64,000 nucleotides of DNA. It comes from Eledone cirrhosa. Lineage: Eukaryota. The number at the start of each line of letters is the position of its first letter. Position 1 is the first letter of the stretch. A model generated the notes under the pieces. It saw only the letters and a list, made by a program, of their open reading frames with translations, searched no databases and had not been told where the DNA came from. The DNA is taken from positions 198,047 to 262,046 of the forward strand of contig CAXHJY010000397.1 in the NCBI GenBank assembly GCA_964016885.1, written 5' to 3'. Position numbers and translations under genes: made by a program. Below, piece by piece: positions 14,301-28,270 of this stretch.

Positions 14301-16240
14301 GCTTAGGATAGCTTAGCTTAGCTTAGCTTAGGATAGCTTAGCTTAGCTTAGGATAGCTTAGCTTAGCTTAGCTTAGGATAGCTTAGCTTAGCTTAGCTTA
14401 GGATAGCTTAGCTTAGCTTAGCTTAGGATAGCTTAGCTTAGCTTAGCTTAGGATAGATTAGCTTAGCTTAGGATAGCTTAGCTTAGCTTAGCTTAGGAAA
14501 GCTTAGCTTAGCTTAGGATAGCTTAGTTTAGCTTAGCTTAGGAGAGCTTAGCTTAGCTTAGGATAGCTTAGCTTAGCTTAACTTAGGATAGCTTAGCTTA
14601 GCTTAGCTTAGGTAGCTTAGCTTAGCTTAGCTTAGGATAGCTTAGCTTAGCTTAGCTTAGCTTAGGATAGCTTAGCTTAGCTTAGCTTAGGAGAGCTTAG
14701 CTTAGCTTAGCTTAGGATAGCTTAGGATAGCTTAGCTTAGGATAGCTTAGGATAGCTTACCTTAGGAGAGCTTAGCTTAGGATAGCTTAGCTTAGGATAG
14801 CTTAGGATAGCTTAGCTTAGGATAGCTTAGCTTAGGATAGCTTAGCTTAGGATAGCTTAGGATAGCTTAGCTTAGCTTAGCTTAGGATAGCTTAGCTTAG
14901 CTTAGCTTAGGATAGCTTAGCTTAGGTTAGCTTAGCTTAGCTTAGCTTAGCTTAGGATAGCTTAGCTTAGGATAGCTTAGGATAGCTTAGGATAGCTTAG
15001 CTTAGGATAGCTTAGCTTAGGATAGCTTAGGATAGCTTAGCTTAGGATAGCTTAGGATAGCTTAGCTTAGGATAGCTTAGCTTAGGATAGCTTAGGATAG
15101 CTTAGCTTAGCTTAGCTTAGGATAGCTTAGCTTAGCTTAGCTTAGGATAGCTTAGCTTAGCTTAGGATAGCTTAGCTTAGCTTAGCTTAGGATAGCTTAG
15201 GATAGCTTAGCTTAGGATAGCTTAGGATAGCTTAGCTTAGGATAGCTTAGGATAGCTTAGGATAGCTTAGCTTAGCTTAGCTTAGGATAGCTTAGCTTAG
15301 CTTAGCTTAGGATAGCTTAGCTTAGCTTAGCTTAGGATAGCTTAGCTTAGCTTAGGATAGCTTAGCTTAGCTTAGCTTAGGATAGCTTAGCTTAGCTTAG
15401 CTTAGGACAGCTTAGCTTAGCTTAGCTTAGGATAGCTTAGCTTAGCTTAGGATAGCTTAGCTTAGCTTAGCTTAGGATAGCTTAGCTTAGCTTAGCTTAG
15501 GATAGCTTAGCTTAGGATAGCTTAGCTTAGGATAGCTTAGCTTAGGTTAGCTTAGCTTAGCTTAGCTTAGGATAGCTTAGGATAGCTTAGCTTAGGATAG
15601 CTTAGCTTAGCTTAGCTTAGCATAGCTTAGCTTAGCTTAGCTTAGGATAGCTTAGCTTAGCTTAGCTTAGGATAGCTTAGCTTAGCTTAGCTTAGGATAG
15701 CTTAGCTTAGGATAGCTTAGGATAGCTTAGCTTAGCTTAGGATAGCTTAGCTTAGCTTAGCTTAGGATAGCTTAGCTTAGCTTAGGATAGCTTAGCTTAG
15801 CTTAGCTTAGGATAGCTTAGCTTAGCTTAGCTTAGGATAGCTTAGCTTAGCTTAGCTTAGGATAGCTTAGGATAGCTTAGGATAGCTTAGCTTAGCTTAG
15901 CTTAGGATAGCTTAGCTTAGCTTAGCTTAGGATAGCTTAGCTTAGCTTAGCTTAGGATAGCTTAGCTTAGCTTAGGATAGCTTAGCTTAGCTTAGCTTAG
16001 GATAGCTTAGCTTAGCTTAGCTTAGGATAGCTTAGCTTAGCTTAGCTTAGGATAGATTAGCTTAGCTTAGGATAGCTTAGCTTAGCTTAGCTTAGGAAAG
16101 CTTAGCTTAGCTTAGGATAGCTTAGCTTTGCTTAGCTTAGGATAGCTTAGGATAGCTTAGCTTAGGATAGCTTAGGATAGCTTAGCTTAGGATAGCTTAG
16201 GATAGCTTAGGTTAGGATAGCTTAGCTTAGGATAGCTTAG
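11330..16240. repeat. Approximately 2.58 kb tandem higher-order duplication
   Basis: TTTAG 11378/13957, CTTAA-TTTAG 11598/14177, GTAG 12033/14612 and GACAG 12827/15406 (offset 2579); CATAG 13037/15621 and GTTAG 13627/16211 (offset 2584). Confidence 0.88.
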
Positions 16241-17470
16241 GATAGCTTAGCTTAGGATAGCTTAGGATAGCTTAGCTTAGGATAGCTTAGGATAGCTTAG
16301 CTTAGGATAGCTTAGCTTAGGATAGCTTAGGAAAGCTTAGCTTAGCTTAGCTTAGGATAGCTTAGCTTAGCTTAGCTTAGGATAGCTTAGCTTAGCTTAG
16401 CTTAGGATAGCTTAGGATAGCTTAGCTTAGGATAGCTTAGGATAGCTTAGCTTAGGATAGCTTAGCTTATGATAGCTTAGGATAGCTTAGCTTAGGATAG
16501 CTTAGGATAGCTTAGCTTAGGATAGCTTAGCTTAGGATAGCTTAGGATAGCTTAGCTTAGCTTAGCTTAGGATAGCTTAGCTTAGCTTAGCTTAGGATAG
16601 CTTAGCTTAGCTTAGCTTAGGATAGCTTAGCTTAGCTTAGGATAGCTTAGGATAGCTTAGCTTAGGATAGCTTAGGATAGCTTAGCTTAGGATAGCTTAG
16701 GATAGCTTAGCTTAGGATAGCTTAGGATAGCTTAGCTTAGGATAGCTTAGCTTAGGATAGCTTAGCTTAGCTTAGCTTAGGATAGCTTAGCTTAGGATAG
16801 CTTAGGATAGCTTAGCTTAGGATAGCTTAGCTTAGGATAGCTTAGGATAGCTTAGCTTAGCTTAGCTTAGGATAGCTTAGCTTAGCTTAGCTTAGGATAG
16901 CTTAGCTTAGCTTAGCTTAGGATAGCTTAGCTTAGCTTAGCTTAGGATAGCTTAGGATAGCTTAGCTTAGCTTAGCTTAGCTTAGGATAGCTTAGCTTAG
17001 CTTAGCTTAGGATAGCTTAGCTTAGCTTAGCTTAGGATAGCTTAGCTTAGCTTAGCTTAGGATAGCTTAGCTTAGATTAGCTTAGGATAGCTTAGCTTAG
17101 CTTAGCTTAGGATAGCTTAGGTTAGCTTAGGATAGCTTAGCTTAGGATAGCTTAGCTTAGGATAGCTTAGCTTAGGTTAGCTTAGCTTAGCTTAGGATAG
17201 CTTAGGATAGCTTAGCTTAGGATAGCTTAGCTTAGCTTAGGATAGCTTAGCTTAGCTTAGGATAGCTTAGCTTAGCTTAGCTTAGCTTAGGATAGCTTAG
17301 CTTAGGATAGCTTAGGATAGCTTAGCTTAGCTTAGGATAGCTTAGCTTAGCTTAGCTTAGGATAGCTTAGCTTAGCTTAGCTTAGGATAGCTTAGGATAG
17401 CTTAGCTTAGCTTAGCTTAGGATAGCTTAGCTTAGCTTAGCTTAGGATAGCTTAGCTTAGCTTAGCTTAG
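16200..17470. repeat. Segment with a dispersed copy at about 29330-30590
   Basis: GTTAG 16211/29334, GAAAG 16331/29454, CTTAT 16466/29589, ATTAG 17076/30199 and GTTAG 17121/30244, all at offset 13123. Confidence 0.85.
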
Positions 17471-20400
17471 GATAGCTTAGCTTAGCTTAGGATAGCTTAG
17501 CTTAGCTTAGGATAGCTTAGCTTAGCTTAGCTTAGGATAGCTTAGCTTAGCTTAGGATAGCTTAGCTTAGCTTAGGATAGCTTAGCTTAGCTTAGCTTAG
17601 GATAGCTTAGCTTAGCTTAGCTTAGGATAGCTTAGCTTAGCTTAGCTTAGGATAGCTTAGCTTAGCTTAGGATAGCTTAGCTTAGCTTAGGATAGCTTAG
17701 CTTAGCTTAGCTTAGCTTAGCTTAGGATAGCTTAGCTTAGCTTAGCTTAGGATAGCTTAGCTTAGCTTAGCTTAGGATAGCTTAGCTTAGCTTAGCTTAG
17801 GATAGCTTAGCTTAGCTTAGGATAGCTTAGCTTAGCTTAGCTTAGGATAGCTTAGCTTAGCTGAGCTTAGGATAGCTTAGGATAGCTTAGCTTAGGATAG
17901 CTTAGGATAGCTTACCTTAGGAGAGCTTAGCTTAGGAAAGCTTAGCTTAGGATAGCTTAGGATAGCTTAGCTTAGGATAGCTTAGCTTAGGATAGCTTAG
18001 CTTAGGATAGCTTAGGATAGCTTAGCTTAGCTTAGCTTAGGATAGCTTAGCTTAGCTTAGCTTAGGATAGCTTAGCTTAGCTTAGCTTAGGATAGCTTAG
18101 CTTAGCTTAGCTTAGGATAGCTTAGGATAGCTTAGCTTAGGATAGCTTAGGATAGCTTAGCTTAGGATAGCTTAGGATAGCTTAGCTTAGGATAGCTTAG
18201 CTTAGGATAGCTTAGGATAGCTTAGCTTAGCTTAGCTTAGGATAGCTTAGGATAGCTTAGCTTAGGATAGCTTAGGATAGCTTAGCTTAGGATAGATTAG
18301 GATAGCTTAGCTTAGGATAGTTTAGGATAGCTTAGCTTAGGATAGCTTAGCTTAGGATAGCTTAGCTTAGCTTAGGATAGCTTAGCTTAGCTTAGGATAG
18401 CTTAGCTTGGGATAGCTTAGGATAGCTTAGCTTAGGATAGCTTAGCTTAGGATAGCTTAGGATAGCTTAGCTTAGCTTAGCTTAGGATAGCTTAGCTTAG
18501 CATAGCTTCGGATAGCTTAGCTTAGCTTAGGATAGCTTAGCTTAGCTTAGCTTAGGATAGCTTAGCTTAGCTTAGCTTAGGATAGCTTAGCTAAGCTTAG
18601 CTTAGGATAGCTTAGCTTAGCTTAGAATAGCTTAGCTTAGGATAGCTTAGCTTAGGATAGCTTAGCTTAGGATAGCTTAGGATAGCTTAGCTTAGGATAG
18701 CTTAGGATAGCTTAGCTTAGGATAGCTTAGCTTAGCTTAGCTTAGGATAGCTTAGCTTAGCTTAGGATAGCTTAGCTTAGCTTAGCTTAGGATAGCTTAG
18801 CTTAGGATAGCTTAGGAAAGCTTAGCTTAGCTTAGCTTAGGATAGCTTAGCTTAGCTTAGCTTAGGATAGCTTAGCTTAGCTTAGGATAGCTTAGCTTAG
18901 CTTAGGATAGCTTAGCTTAGCTTAGCTTAGGATAGCTTAGCTTAGCTTAGCTTAGGATAGCTTAGCTTAGCTTAGCATAGGATAGCTTAGCTTAGCTTAG
19001 CTTAGGATAGCTTAGCTTAGCTTAGCTTAGGATAGCTTAGCTTAGGATAGCTTAGCTTAGCTTAGCTTAGGATAGCTTAGCTTAGCTTAGCTTAGGATAG
19101 CTTAGCTTAGCTTAGCTTAGGATAGCTTAGCTTAGCTTAGCTTAGGATAGCTTAGCTTAGATTAGCTTAGGATAGCTTCGCTTAGCTTAGCTTAGGATAG
19201 CTTAGCTTAGTTTAGGAAAGCTTAGCTTAGCTTAGCTTAGGATAGCTTAGCTTAGCTTAGGATAGCTTAGCTTAGCTTAGGATAGCTTAGCTTAGCTTAG
19301 CTTAGGATAGCTTAGCTTAGCTTAGCTTAGGATAGCTTAGCTTAGCATAGGATAGCTTAGCTTAGCTTAGCTTAGGATAGCTTAGCTTAGCTTAGCTTAG
19401 GATAGCTTAGCTTAGGATAGCTTAGCTTAGCTTAGCTTAGGATAGCTTAGGATAGCTTAGCTTAGGATAGCTTAGCTTAGGATAGCTTAGGAAAGCTTAG
19501 CTTAGCTTAGCTTAGGATAGCTTAGCTTAGCTTAGCTTAGGATAGCTTAGCTTAGCTTAGCTTAGGATAGCTTAGGATAGCTTAGCTTAGGATAGCTTAG
19601 GATAGCTTAGCTTAGGATAGCTTAGCTTAGGATAGCTTAGCTTAGGATAGCTTAGGATAGCTTAGCTTAGGATAGCTTAGGATAGCTTAGCTTAGCTTAG
19701 CTTAGGATAGCTTAGCTTAGCTTAGCTTAGGATAGCTTAGCTTAGCTTAGCTTAGGATAGCTTAGGATAGCTTAGCTTAGGATAGCTTAGGATAGCTTAG
19801 CTTAGGATAGCTTAGGATAGCTTAGCTTAGGAAGCTTAGGATAGCTTAGCTTAGGATAGCTTAGCTTAGAATAGCTTATCTTAGCTTAGCTTAGCTTAGG
19901 ATAGCTTAGGATAGCTTAGCTTAGGATAGCTTAGCTTAGCTTAGCTTAGGATAGCTTAGCTTAGCTTAGGATAGCTTAGCTTAGCTTAGCTTAGAATAGC
20001 TTAGCTTAGCTTAGGATAGCTTAGCTTAGCTTAGCTTAGGATAGCTTAGCTTAGCTTAGGATAGCTTAGCTTAGCTTAGCTTAGGATAGCTTAGCTTAGC
20101 TTAGCTTAGCTTAGGATAGCTTAGGATAGCTTAGCTTAGGATAGCTTAGCTTAGGTTAGCTTAGCTTAGCTTAGCTTAGGATAGCTTAGGATAGCTTAGC
20201 TTAGGATAGCTTAGCTTAGCTTAGCTTAGGATAGCTTAGCTTAGCTTAGCTTAGGAGAGCTTAGCTTAGCTTAGCTTAGGATAGCTTAGCTTAGGATAGC
20301 TTAGGATAGCTTAGCTTAGCTTAGGATAGCTTAGCTTAGCTTAGCTTAGGATAGCTTAGCTTAGCTTAGGATAGCTTAGCTTAGCTTAGCTTAGGATAGC

Positions 20401-20749
20401 TTAGCTTAGCTTAGCTTAGGATAGCTTAGCTTAGCTTAGCTTAGGTAGCTTAGCTTAGCTTAGGATAGCTTAGGATAGCTTAGGATAGCTTAGCTTAGCT
20501 TAGGATAGCTTAGCTTAGCTTAGCTTATGATAGCTTAGCTTAGCTTAGCTTAGGATAGCTTAGCTTAGCTTAGGATAGCTTAGCTTAGCTTAGCTTAGGA
20601 TAGCTTAGCTTAGCTTAGCTTAGGATAGCTTAGCTTAGCTTAGCTTAGGATAGATTAGCTTAGCTTAGCTTAGGATAGCTTAGCTTAGCTTAGCTTAGGA
20701 TAGCTTAGCTTAGCTTAGCTTAGGATAGCTTAGCTTAGCTTAGGATAGC

Positions 20750-23600
20750 TTAGCTTAGCTTAGCTTAGGATAGCTTAGCTTAGCTTAGGATAGCTTAGCT
20801 TAGCTTAGCTTAGCTTAGGAGAGCTTAGCTTAGCTTAGCTTAGGATAGCTTAGCTTAGCTTAGCTTAGGATAGCTTAGCTTAGCTTAGGATAGCTTAGCT
20901 TAGCTTAGCTTATCTTAACTTAGGATAGCTTAGCTTAGCTTAGCTTAGGATAGCTTAGCTTAGCTTAGCTTAGGATAGCTTAGGATAGCTTAGCTTAGGA
21001 TAGCTTAGGATAGCTTACCTTAGGATAGCTTAGCTTAGGATAGCTTAGCTTAGGATAGCTTAGGATAGCTTAGCTTAGCTTAGCTTAGGATAACTTAGCT
21101 TAGCTTAGCTTAGGATAGCTTAGCTTAGCTTAGCTTAGGATAGCTTAGCTTAGCTTAGGATAGCTTAGCTTAGCTTAGCTTAGGATAGCTTAGCTTAGCT
21201 TAGCTTAGGATAGCTTAGCTTAGGATAGCTTAGCTTAGGATAGCTTAGCTTAGGATAGCTTAGGATAGCTTAGCTTAGGATAGCTTAGGATAGCTTAGCT
21301 TCGGATAGCTTAGCTTAGCTAAGGATTGCTTAGCTTAGGATAGCTTAGGATAGCTTAGCTTAGCTTAGCTTAGGATAGCTTAGCTTAGCTTAGGATAGCT
21401 TATCTTAGCTTAGGATAGCTTAGCTTAGCTTAGGATAGCTTAGCTTAGCTTAGGATAGCTTAGCTTAGCTTAGCTTAGGATAGCTTAGCTTAGCTTAGCT
21501 TAGGATAGCTTAGCTTAGCTTAGCTTAGGATAGCTTAGCTTAGCTTAGCTTAGGATAGCTTAGCTTAGCTTAGCTTAGGAGAGCTTAGCTTAGCTTAGCT
21601 TAGGATAGCTTAGCTTAGCTTAGGATAGCTTAGCTTAGCTTAGCTTAGGATAGCTTAGCTTAGCTTAGTTTAGGATAGCTTAGCTTAGCTTAGCTTAGCT
21701 TAGGATAGCTTAGCTTAGCTTAGCTTAGCTTAGGATAGCTTATCTTAGCTTAGGATAGCTTAGCTTAGCTTAGCTTAGGATAGCTTAGCTTAGCTTAGGA
21801 TAGCTTAGCTTAGCTTAGCTTAGGATAGCTTAGCTTAGCTTAGCTTAGGATAGCTTAGCTTAGCTTAGCTTAGCTTAGGATAGTTTAGCTTAGCTTAGCT
21901 TAGCTTAGGATAGCTTAGCTTAGCTTAGGATAGCTTAGGATAGCTTAGCTTAGGATAGCTTAGCATAGCTTAGCTTAGGATAGCTTAGCTTAGGATAGCT
22001 TAGCTTAGGATAGCTTAGGATAGCTTAGCTTAGCTTAGCTTAGGATAGCTTAGCTTAGCTTAGCTTAGGATAGCTTAGCTTAGCTTAGCTTAGGATAGCT
22101 TAGGATAGCTTAGCTTAGGATAGCTTAGGATAGCTTAGCTTAGGAAAGCTTAGGATAGCTTAGCTTAGGATAGCTTAGGATAGCTTAGCTTAGGATAGCT
22201 TAGGATAGCTTAGCTTAGCTTAGCTTAGGATAGCTTAGCTTAGCTTAGCCTAGGTAGCTTAGCTTAGCTTAGCTTAGGATAGCTTAGGATAGCTTAGCTT
22301 AGGATAGCTTAGGATAGCTTAGCTTATGATAGCTTAGCTTAGGATAGCTTAGGATAGCTTAGCTTAGGATAGCTTAGCTTAGGATAGCTTAGGATAGCTT
22401 AGCTTAGCTTAGCTTAGGATAGCTTAGCTTAGCTTAGGATAGCTTAGCTTAGCTTAGCTTAGCTTAGGATAGCTTAGCTTAGCTTAGCTTAGGATAGCTT
22501 AGCTTAGCTTAGCTTAGGATAGCTTAGGATAGCTTAGCTTAGGATAGCTTAGGATAGCTTAGCTTAGGATAGCTTAGGATAGCTTAGCTTAGGATAGCTT
22601 AGGATAGCTTAGCTTAGGATAGCTTAGGATAGCTTAGCTTAGCTTAGCTTAGGATAGCTTAGCTTAGCTTAGCTTAGGTAGCTTAGCTTAGCTTAGCTTA
22701 GGATAGCTTAGGATAGCTTAGCTTAGGATAGCTTAGCTTAGCTTAGGATAGCTTAGCTTAGCTTAGCTTAGGATAGCTTAGCTTAGCTTAGCTTAGGATA
22801 GCTTAGCTTAGCTTAGGATAGCTTAGCTTAGCTTAGCTTAGGATAGCTTAGCTTAGCTTAGGATAGCTTAGCTTAGCTTAGCTTAGCTTAGGAGAGCTTA
22901 GCTTAGCTTAGCTTAGGATAGCTTAGCTTAGCTTAGCTTAGGATAGCTTAGCTTAGCTTAGGATAGCTTAGCTTAGCTTAGCTTAGGATAGCTTAGCTTA
23001 GCTTAGCTTAGGATAGCTTAGCTTAGCTTAGCTTAGGATAGCTTAGGATAGCTTAGCTTAGGATAGCTTAGGATAGCTTACCTTAGGATAGCTTAGCTTA
23101 GGATAGCTTAGCTTAGGATAGCTTAGGATAGCTTAGCTTAGCTTAGCTTAGGATAACTTAGCTTAGCTTAGCTTAGGATAGCTTAGCTTAGCTTAGCTTA
23201 GGATAGCTTAGCTTAGCTTAGGATAGCTTAGCTTAGCTTAGCTTAGGATAGCTTAGCTTAGCTTAGCTTAGGATAGCTTAGCTTAGGATAGCTTAGCTTA
23301 GGATAGCTTAGCTTAGGATAGCTTAGGATAGCTTAGCTTAGGATAGCTTAGGATAGCTTAGCTTCGGATAGCTTAGCTTAGCTAAGTATTGCTTAGCTTA
23401 GGATAGCTTAGGATAGCTTAGCTTAGCTTAGCTTAGGATAGCTTAGCTTAGCTTAGGATAGCTTATCTTAGCTTAGGATAGCTTAGCTTAGCTTAGGATA
23501 GCTTAGCTTAGCTTAGGATAGCTTAGCTTAGCTTAGCTTAGGATAGCTTAGCTTAGCTTAGCTTAGGATAGCTTAGCTTAGCTTAGCTTAGGATAGCTTA
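20750..23600. repeat. Approximately 0.8 kb segment repeated at offset 2063
   Basis: CTTAC 21014/23077, GATAA 21089/23152, CTTCG 21299/23362, followed by CTAAG-GATTG versus CTAAG-TATTG. Confidence 0.8.
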
Positions 23601-26600
23601 GGATAGCTTAGCTTAGCTTAGGATAGCTTAGCTTAGCTTAGCTTAGGATAGCTTAGCTTAGCTTAGCTTAGGATAGCTTAGGATAGCTTAGCTTAGGATA
23701 GCTTAGGATAGCTTAGCTTAGGATAGCTTAGGATAGCTTAGCTTAGGATAGCTTAGGATAGCTTAGCTTAGGATAGCTTAGCTTAGGATAGCTTAGCTTA
23801 GCTTAGCTTAGGAGAGCTTAGCTTAGGATAGCTTAGGATAGCTTAGCTTAGGATAGCTTAGCTTAGGATAGCTTAGGATAGCTTAGCTTAGCTTAGCTTA
23901 GGATAGCTTAGCTTAGCTTAGCTTAGGATAGCTTAGCTTAGCTTAGGATAGCTTAGCTTAGCTTACCTTAGGATAGCTTAGCTTAGCTTAGCTTAGGAAA
24001 GCTTAGCTTAGCTTAGCTTAGGATAGCTTAGCTTAGCTTAGGATAGCTTAGCTTAGCTTAGCTTAGGATAGCTTAGCTTAGCTTAGCTTAGGATTACTTA
24101 GCTTAGCTTAGCTTAGCTTAGGATAGCTTAGCTTAGGATAGCTTAGCTTAGCTTAGCTTAGGATAGCTTAGCTTAGCTTAGCTTAGCTTAGGATAGCTAA
24201 GCTTAGCTTAGGATAGCTTAGCTTAGCTTAGCTTAGGATAGCTTAGCTTAGCTTAGCTTAGCTTAGCTTAGGACAGCTTAGCTTAGCTTAGCTTAGGATA
24301 GCTTAGCTTAGCTTAGCTTAGGATAGCTTAGCTTAGCTTAGCTTAGTATAGCTTAGCTTAGCTTAGGATAGCTTAGGATAGCTTAGCTTAGGATAGCTTA
24401 GGATAGCTTAGCTTAGGATAGCTTAGGATAGCTTAGCTTAGGATAGCTTAGCTTAGGATAGCTTAGCTTAGCTTAGCTTAGGATAGCTTAGCTTGGGATA
24501 GCTTAGGATAGCTTAGCTTAGGAAAGCTTAGCTTAGGATAGCTTAGCTTAGGATAGCTTAGGATAGCTTAGCTTAGCTTAGCTTAGGATAGCTTAGCTTA
24601 GCTTAGCTTAGGATAGCTTAGCTTAGCTTAGGATAGCTTAGCTTAGCTTAGGATAGCTTAGCTTAGCTTAGCTTAGGATAGCTTAGCTTAGCTTAGCTTA
24701 GGATAGCTTAGCTTAGCTTAGCTTAGGATAGCTTAGCTTAGCTTAGGATAGCTTAGCTTAGCTTAGGATAGCTTAGCTTAGCTTAGGATAGCTTAGCTTA
24801 GGATAGTTTAGCTTAGGATAGCTTAGGATAGCTTAGCTTAGGATAGCTTAGGATAGCTTAGCTTAGGATAGCTTAGCTTAGCTTAGCTTAGGATAGCTTA
24901 GCTTAGCTTAGGTAGCTTAGCTTAGCTTAGCTTAGGATAGCTTAGCTTAGGATAGCTTAGGATAGCTTAGCTTAGCTTAGCTTAGGATAGCTTAGCATAG
25001 CTTAGGATAGCTTAGCTTAGCTTAGGTTAGCTTAGCTTAGCTTAGGATAGCTTAGCTTAGCTTAGCTTAGGATAGCTTAGCTTAGCTTAGCTTAGGATAG
25101 CTTAGCTTAGCTTAGCTTAGGATAGCTTAGCTTAGCTTAGCTTAGGATAGCTTAGCTTAGCTTAGCTTAGGATAGCTTAGCTTAGCTTAGCTTAGGATAG
25201 CTTAGCTTAGCTTAGCTTAGGATAGCTTAGCTTAGCTTAGTTTAGGATAGCTTAGCTTAGGATAGCTTAGCTTAGCTTAGGATAGCTTAGCTTAGCTTAG
25301 CTTAGGATAGCTTAGCTTAGCTTAGCTTAGGATAGCTCAGCTTAGCTTAGCTAAGGATAGCTTAGCTTAGCTTGGCTTAGGATAGCTTAGCTTAGCTTAG
25401 CTTAGGATAGCTTAGCTTAGCTTAGCTTAGGATAGCTTAGCTTAGCTTAGCTTAGGATAGCTTAGCTTAGCTTAGCTTAGGATAGCTTAGCTTAATTTAG
25501 GATAGCTTAGTTTAGCTTGGCTTAGGATAGCTTAGCTTAGCTTTGCTTAGGATAGCTTAGCTTAGGATAGCTTAGGATAGCTTAGCTTAGCATAGCTTAG
25601 GATAGCTTAGCTTAGGATAGCTTAGCTTAGGATAGCTTAGGATAGCTTAGCTTAGGATAGCTTAGGATAGCTTAGCTTAGGATAGCTTAGCTTAGGATAG
25701 CTTAGCTTAGCTTAGATTAGGATAGCTTAGCTTAGCTTAGCTTAGGATAGCTTAGGATAGCTTAGCTTAGGATAGCTTAGGATAGCTTAGCTTAGGATAG
25801 CTTAGCTTAGGATAGCTTAGCTTAGGATAGCTTAGGATAGCTTAGCTTAGGATAGCTTAGCTTAGGATAGCTTAGGATAGCTTAGCTTAGCTTAGGATAG
25901 CTTAGCTTAGCTTAGCTTATGATAGCTTAGCTTAGCTTAGCTTAGCTTAGGATAGCTTAGCTTAGCTTAGCTTAGGATAGCTTAGGATAGCTTAGCTTAG
26001 GATAGCTTAGCTTAGCTTAGCTTAGGATAGCTTAGGATAGCTTAGCTTAGGAAAGCTTAGGATAGCTTAGCTTAGGATAGCTTAGCTTAGGATAGCTTAG
26101 CTTAGCTTAGCTTAGGAGAGCTTAGCTTAGGAAAGCTTAGGATAGCTTAGCTTAGGATAGCTTAGCTTAGGATAGCTTAGGATAGCTTAGCTTAGCTTAG
26201 CTTAGGATAGCTTAGCTTAGCTTAGCTTAGGATAGCTTAGCTTAGCTTAGGATAGCTTAGCTTAGCTTACCTTAGGATAGCTTAGCTTAGCTTAGCTTAG
26301 GATAGCTTAGCTTAGCTTAGCTTAGGATAGCTTAGCTTAGCTTAGGATAGCTTAGCTTAGCTTAGCTTAGGATAGCTTAGCTTAGGATAGCTTAGCTTAG
26401 GTTAGCTTAGCTTAGCTTAGCTTAGGATAGCTTAGGATAGCTTAGCTTAGGATAGCTTAGCTTAGCTTAGCTTAGGATAGCTTAGCTTAGCTTAGGATAG
26501 CTTAGCTTAGGATAGCTTAGGATAGCTTAGCTTAGCTTAGCTTAGCTTAGGATAGCTTAGCTTAGCTTAGCTTAGGATAGCTTAGCTTAGCTTAGGATAG

Positions 26601-27699
26601 CTTAGCTTAGCTTAGCTTAGGATAGCTTAGGATAGCTTAGGATAGCTTAGGATAGCTTAGCTTAGGATAGCTTAGCTTAGCTTAGCTTAGGATAGCTTAG
26701 CTTAGCTTAGCTTAGGATAGCTTAGCTTAGCTTAGGATAGCTTAGCTTAGCTTAGCTTAGGATAGCTTAGCTTAGCTTAGCTTAGGATAGCTTAGCTTAG
26801 CTTAGCTTAGGATAGCTTAGCTTAGCTTAACTTAGGATAGCTTAGCTTAGCTTAGCTTAGGATAGCTTAGCTTAGCTTAGGATAGCTTAGCTTAGCTTAG
26901 CTTAGGATAGCTTAGCTTAGCTTAGGATAGCTTAGCTTAGCTTAGCTTAGGAGAGCTTAGCTTAGCTTAGCTTAGGATAGCTTAGCTTAGCTTAGCTTAG
27001 GATAGCTTAGCTTAGCTTAGCTTAGGATAGCTTAGCTTAGCTTAGCTTAGGATAGCTTAGCTTAGCTTAGCTTAGGATAGCTTAGCTTAGCTTAGCTTAG
27101 GATAGCTTAGCTTAGCTTAGCTTAGGATAGCTTAGGATAGCTTACCTTAGGAGAGCTTAGCTTAGGATAGCTTAGCTTAGGATAGCTTAGGATAACTTAG
27201 CTTAGGATAGCTTAGCTTAGGATAGCTTAGCTTAGGATAGCTTAGCTTAGGATAGCTTAGGATAGCTTAGCTTAGCTTAGGATAGCTTAGCTTAGCTTTG
27301 CTTAGGATAGCTTAGCTTAGCTTAGCTTAGGATAGCTTAGGATAGCTTAGCTTAGGATAGCTTAGGATAGCTTAGCTTAGGATAGCTTAGCTTAGGATAG
27401 CTTAGGATAGCTTAGCTTAGCTTAGCTTAGGATAGCTTAGCTTAGCTTAGCTTTGGATAGCTTAGCTTAGCTTAGCTTAGCTTAGGATAGCTTAGCTTAG
27501 CTTAGGATAGCTTAGGATAGCTTAGCTTAGGATAGCTTAGGATAGCTTAGCTTAGGATAGCTTAGCTTAAGATAGCTTAGGATAGCTTAGCTTAGGATAG
27601 CTTAGCTTAGGATAGCTTAGCTTAGCTTAGCTTAGGATAGCTTAGCTTGGGATAGCTTAGGATAGCTTAGCTTAGGATAGCTTAGGATAGCTTAGCTTA

Positions 27700-28270
27700 G
27701 CTTAGCTTAGGATAGCTTACCTTAGCTTAGGATAGATTAGCTTAGCTTAGCTTAGGATAGCTTAGCTTAGCTTAGGATAGCTTAGCTTAGCTTAGCTTAG
27801 GATAGCTTAGCTTAGGATAGCTTAGCTTAGGATAGCTTAGCTTAGGATAGCTTAGCTTAGGATAGCTTAGCTTAGGTAGCTTAGCTTAGCTTAGCTTAGG
27901 TTAGCTTAGCTTAGGATAGCTTAGGATAGCTTAGCTTAGCTTAGGATAGCTTAGCTTAGCTTAGCTTAGGATAGCTTAGCTTAGCTTAGCTTAGGATAGC
28001 TTACCTTAGCTTAGGATAGATTAGCTTAGCTTAGCTTAGGATAGCTTAGCTTAGCTTAGGATAGCTTAGCTTAGCTTAGCTTAGGATAGCTTAGCTTAGG
28101 ATAGCTTAGCTTAGGATAGCTTAGCTTAGGATAGCTTAGCTTAGGATAGCTTAGCTTAGGTAGCTTAGCTTAGCTTAGCTTAGGATAGCTTAGCTTAGGA
28201 TAGCTTAGGATAGCTTAGCTTAGCTTAGCTTAGGATAGCTTAGCTTAGCTTAGCTTAGGATAGCTTAGCT
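27700..28270. repeat. 284 bp local tandem duplication
   Basis: CTTAC 27716/28000, ATTAG 27736/28020 and GTAG 27876/28160. Confidence 0.85.
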
